Positions 43,830-46,000 of a DNA stretch of 46,000 bases are shown here, piece after piece (position 1 is the stretch's first letter; every line of letters begins with the position of its first letter). The translations under genes were made by a program, and so were the position numbers. The DNA comes from Penicillus capitatus (taxonomy: Eukaryota > Plantae > Chlorophyta): assembly GCA_965649825.1 (NCBI GenBank), contig OZ287721.1, positions 1 through 46,000 of the forward strand. The letters run 5' to 3'. Below the pieces are notes generated by a model. The model was not told where the DNA came from, made no database searches, and saw only the letters and a program-made list of their open reading frames with translations.

Positions 43830-44530
43830 GCTCACAGCATCCAGCGCCGCCGTTGACTGACTTCTTTCTTTTCTGTTGCCTTGAAGTGGGCATTGACCAA
43901 ATCATTTGTTGCCAAGTTTTGATTGGCGATGTGACTGCTTAGATTTTCCAGGGTTCTGTCTCCGAAGGGGTAACTTATTTGAGGTTTACGTCATCTAGGG
44001 TTCCTTTCCTATGCTCTGCTGTGAGAGGCGGGTGACTCACCTGTCCAATCACCTTTAGCACACAAATATGGGAATGTGAACTCGAAGACACCTTTTGCTC
44101 TGTAAACGTAGAAGCCTCCTCTGACACATATCTCTTGTGATGGTGAGGTATTTGTTGAATCATTCCTTCTCTGCCTTTCATGACCATGAAATTATTCACA
44201 TGGCTATCACTGTCCGTTTTCGTTTTCTTGCCAGACAAAGTCACCTTATGTAAATTGAGATATAAGACTCTTTCGGGAAACAGGGCAAGCGACTTCTGGT
44301 TTGGAGAAATTGTCGGTGTCCGTTCTCACGAACGTGAATGCGTTGCTTACAATGGCCGACAATCCCCAAGTCCACAGAAACCTCTTCTTTCTTCTCTTGC
44401 GTCTTAGGGAGTCTCTGTCGCAGCATCTCATACAGAGAATCTTTCACTTAGTCTCTCTCGTGGAAACTGATCTCAATTGCTTCCTTCCATTCGATCTAGT
44501 CTTTCTCGATTTCCTTCAGTTCAGTGTGTG
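43830..44530 (-). pseudogene. Possible decayed gene fragment
   Basis: Protein-like minus-strand reading ELKEIEKD*IEWKEAIEISFHERD*VKDSLYEMLRQRLPKTQEKKEE with in-frame TAG/TAA and an intron-like GTGAGT...CTAG segment; no family recognised. Confidence 0.25.
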
Positions 44531-44665
44531 TTATGCAAACGGTCGTCGTTTGTGAAAAGATTATTGCTCATCGCAAGAATTTTCGCTTCTTTGCCGTTTC
44601 ATATAACTCGAGGGTTTTCCCAATTCCTGGTGATAGAGACAACAGATCTCTGTCATTGCGACGAA

Positions 44666-46000
44666 ATGTCGTCCGATGGAAGGCAAGACGTGTTGAGACC
44701 GTTGTCGCGGTCGGGTCTGAAATCGGCCAGTCAACGCACACGACCACGGACGCAAAGCACAAGTGCCTGCGATCTGTCCACTCAAGTCGTCGAAGATGTT
44801 GCCGAACACTTAAGGAATGCCATTCATCAACGAGAGGTCGACACATACGACTGATGTCCGACTCTGGCGTTGCTCCAAATCTAGGGCGAAATCGAATTGG
44901 CGTCAAGAGAGCTCGAAAGTAGAAAGAAGCTCTCCGCGGAAAACGAAAAAATCGTTCAGGATAACCGTCAACGCGAATCTCGACTGGCCATTCTCTCCGC
45001 GACGCTCGAAAAGGCATCTTCACGTATGGCGCGATCGCCGTTCTTGACAAGACGTTTGTCTTCTGCAGTGTCTATCTCGTGTATCCCCTGAAGAATTTCG
45101 CAGAGAAGTGGAAGGACACGAGCAGCACAACGAAAATCTAAAACGTACACTTCAGGTTCTGTCTGGCGACATCAAAGAAAACAAACAACGGGCCTTGCAA
45201 GTTATCTACCATCCATGATGGAACCCGAGTGTCTCGCGGCGGTTGTAGGCCGAAAGGTCCATCCAAACTCAGAAAACGCGATACAGCGAGACAACAAAAG
45301 AGAGTGAGTGTCCACAGCTGTCTTGTTTCCGGAAGAGATAGTCGGTCGTTAGCTGTACAGCTGGAAGTGCTGACGAGGCGTCGACGCGTATTGATGCAAG
45401 AACGTCACAGGTGAAGCGACGACCCAAACGTCTGTCGTTAGAGATACATCCCCTTTTCTTGACGCACAGACTGCGGTCTCTAGTACGTTGTGGAGAAAGA
45501 GAACTCCGGTATTGTCCGACGAAGCATGAAGCGTACCGCGACTTTCTATTAAACCTCGATAGACGGCAGCCTCGGCATGGGGCCATGCTGCACGATTCGG
45601 GTGCTTTTCCCGATATCGACGCCAGAATCGCAGAACGGGCGCGGGAGATACTCCATCGTCGGCAGCAGGTGCGCTCGTCTCCCTTGACTTGTTTCGATTC
45701 ATCGATCTACCTTTAGCGATTTTTAATCGAATCGCCGTTTGTACAATCGAAGAGCGATGTCCGAGAAAAGCGCACGGGGTTCTCTTCGATGAACATTTTC
45801 TTCCGGAACGGGAAAACGTCGGTTGTAGAGATCCACATGAGCTGCAAGAGATGAAGGAATATCTGCAGCAGTTTGAAGAGATCAAAGATGACCGACTGGC
45901 TGATCTCCATCACGAATCGCAACGGATTCTGTCTCTGTTGGACAGCTGGAAAAACCGCATGACTCTGAAAGAGCTCTTACAGAAACTCTGTGTTAATCAG
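44666..46000 (+). CDS. Hypothetical coiled-coil protein, multi-exon, 3'-truncated by the window
   Basis: Exon-like pieces MSSDGRQDVLR...HLRNAIHQRE, GEIELASRELESRKKLSAENEKIVQDNRQRESRL, SPEEFRREVEGHEQHNENLKRTL and HELQEMKEYLQQFEEIKDDRLADL separated by short intron-like spacers. Confidence 0.55.

Noticed and set aside
44331-44360. Possible fourth repeat copy ~737 bp after copy C
   Set aside because: Only GCTTAC matches, which is indistinguishable from chance.
409-46000. Most short ORFs in the supplied track (for example 971-1405+, 20829-21425+, 23412-24137+, 25500-25988+, 38537-39235-)
   Set aside because: They are antisense or off-frame shadows of the identified genes and have no independent motifs.
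1-46000. tRNA, rRNA or other structured RNA genes
   Set aside because: No cloverleaf, rRNA or snRNA signature recognised; the only tRNA-related sequence is the retrotransposon PBS.

Overview
This is eukaryotic nuclear DNA, most likely from a chlorophyte green alga with a very compact genome. That assignment is an inference from TGTAA poly(A)-type signals, plant/algal-type genes, arginine deiminase, an OPR-like repeat protein and a flagellar PG-repeat protein. The species cannot be determined from the window. Positions ~1-36.3 kb hold about 19 tightly packed genes, mostly alternating in strand, in the standard genetic code and split by many ~40-60 nt introns. In order they are RER1 (3' part), an unknown gene, mitochondrial L4, an OPR/FAST-like protein, MIRO, a ZCCHC8-like protein, ISWI, a PG-repeat (STPG/ODF3-like) protein, a CID-type RRM protein, CFIm25, arginine deiminase, an orphan, TWD40-2/TTRAY2 (TSET complex), a vacuolar H+-PPase, HGD, mitochondrial L15, a fused double aldo-keto reductase, a NUMOD3 protein and a plastid signal peptidase I. 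Distances between ORFs are extreme, down to 10 nt ATG-to-ATG and 11 nt stop-to-stop. Positions ~36.4-44.6 kb form a gene-poor island of short diverged repeats. Inside it sits an intact, apparently very young Ty3/Gypsy LTR retrotransposon (38134-43409) with identical 338-bp LTRs, a GAATT target-site duplication, a tRNA-Ala-type PBS and a single 1479-aa Gag-Pol ORF. A coiled-coil gene starts near 44.7 kb and runs off the end. The most notable observations are an orientation-independent GTGAGAAAAGAGTGAG-like motif inside the tiny introns, the fused double AKR, candidate bicistronic and overlapping gene pairs, and a ~730-bp periodic repeat interrupted by the retrotransposon. Exon structures were inferred by eye and no database search was run.
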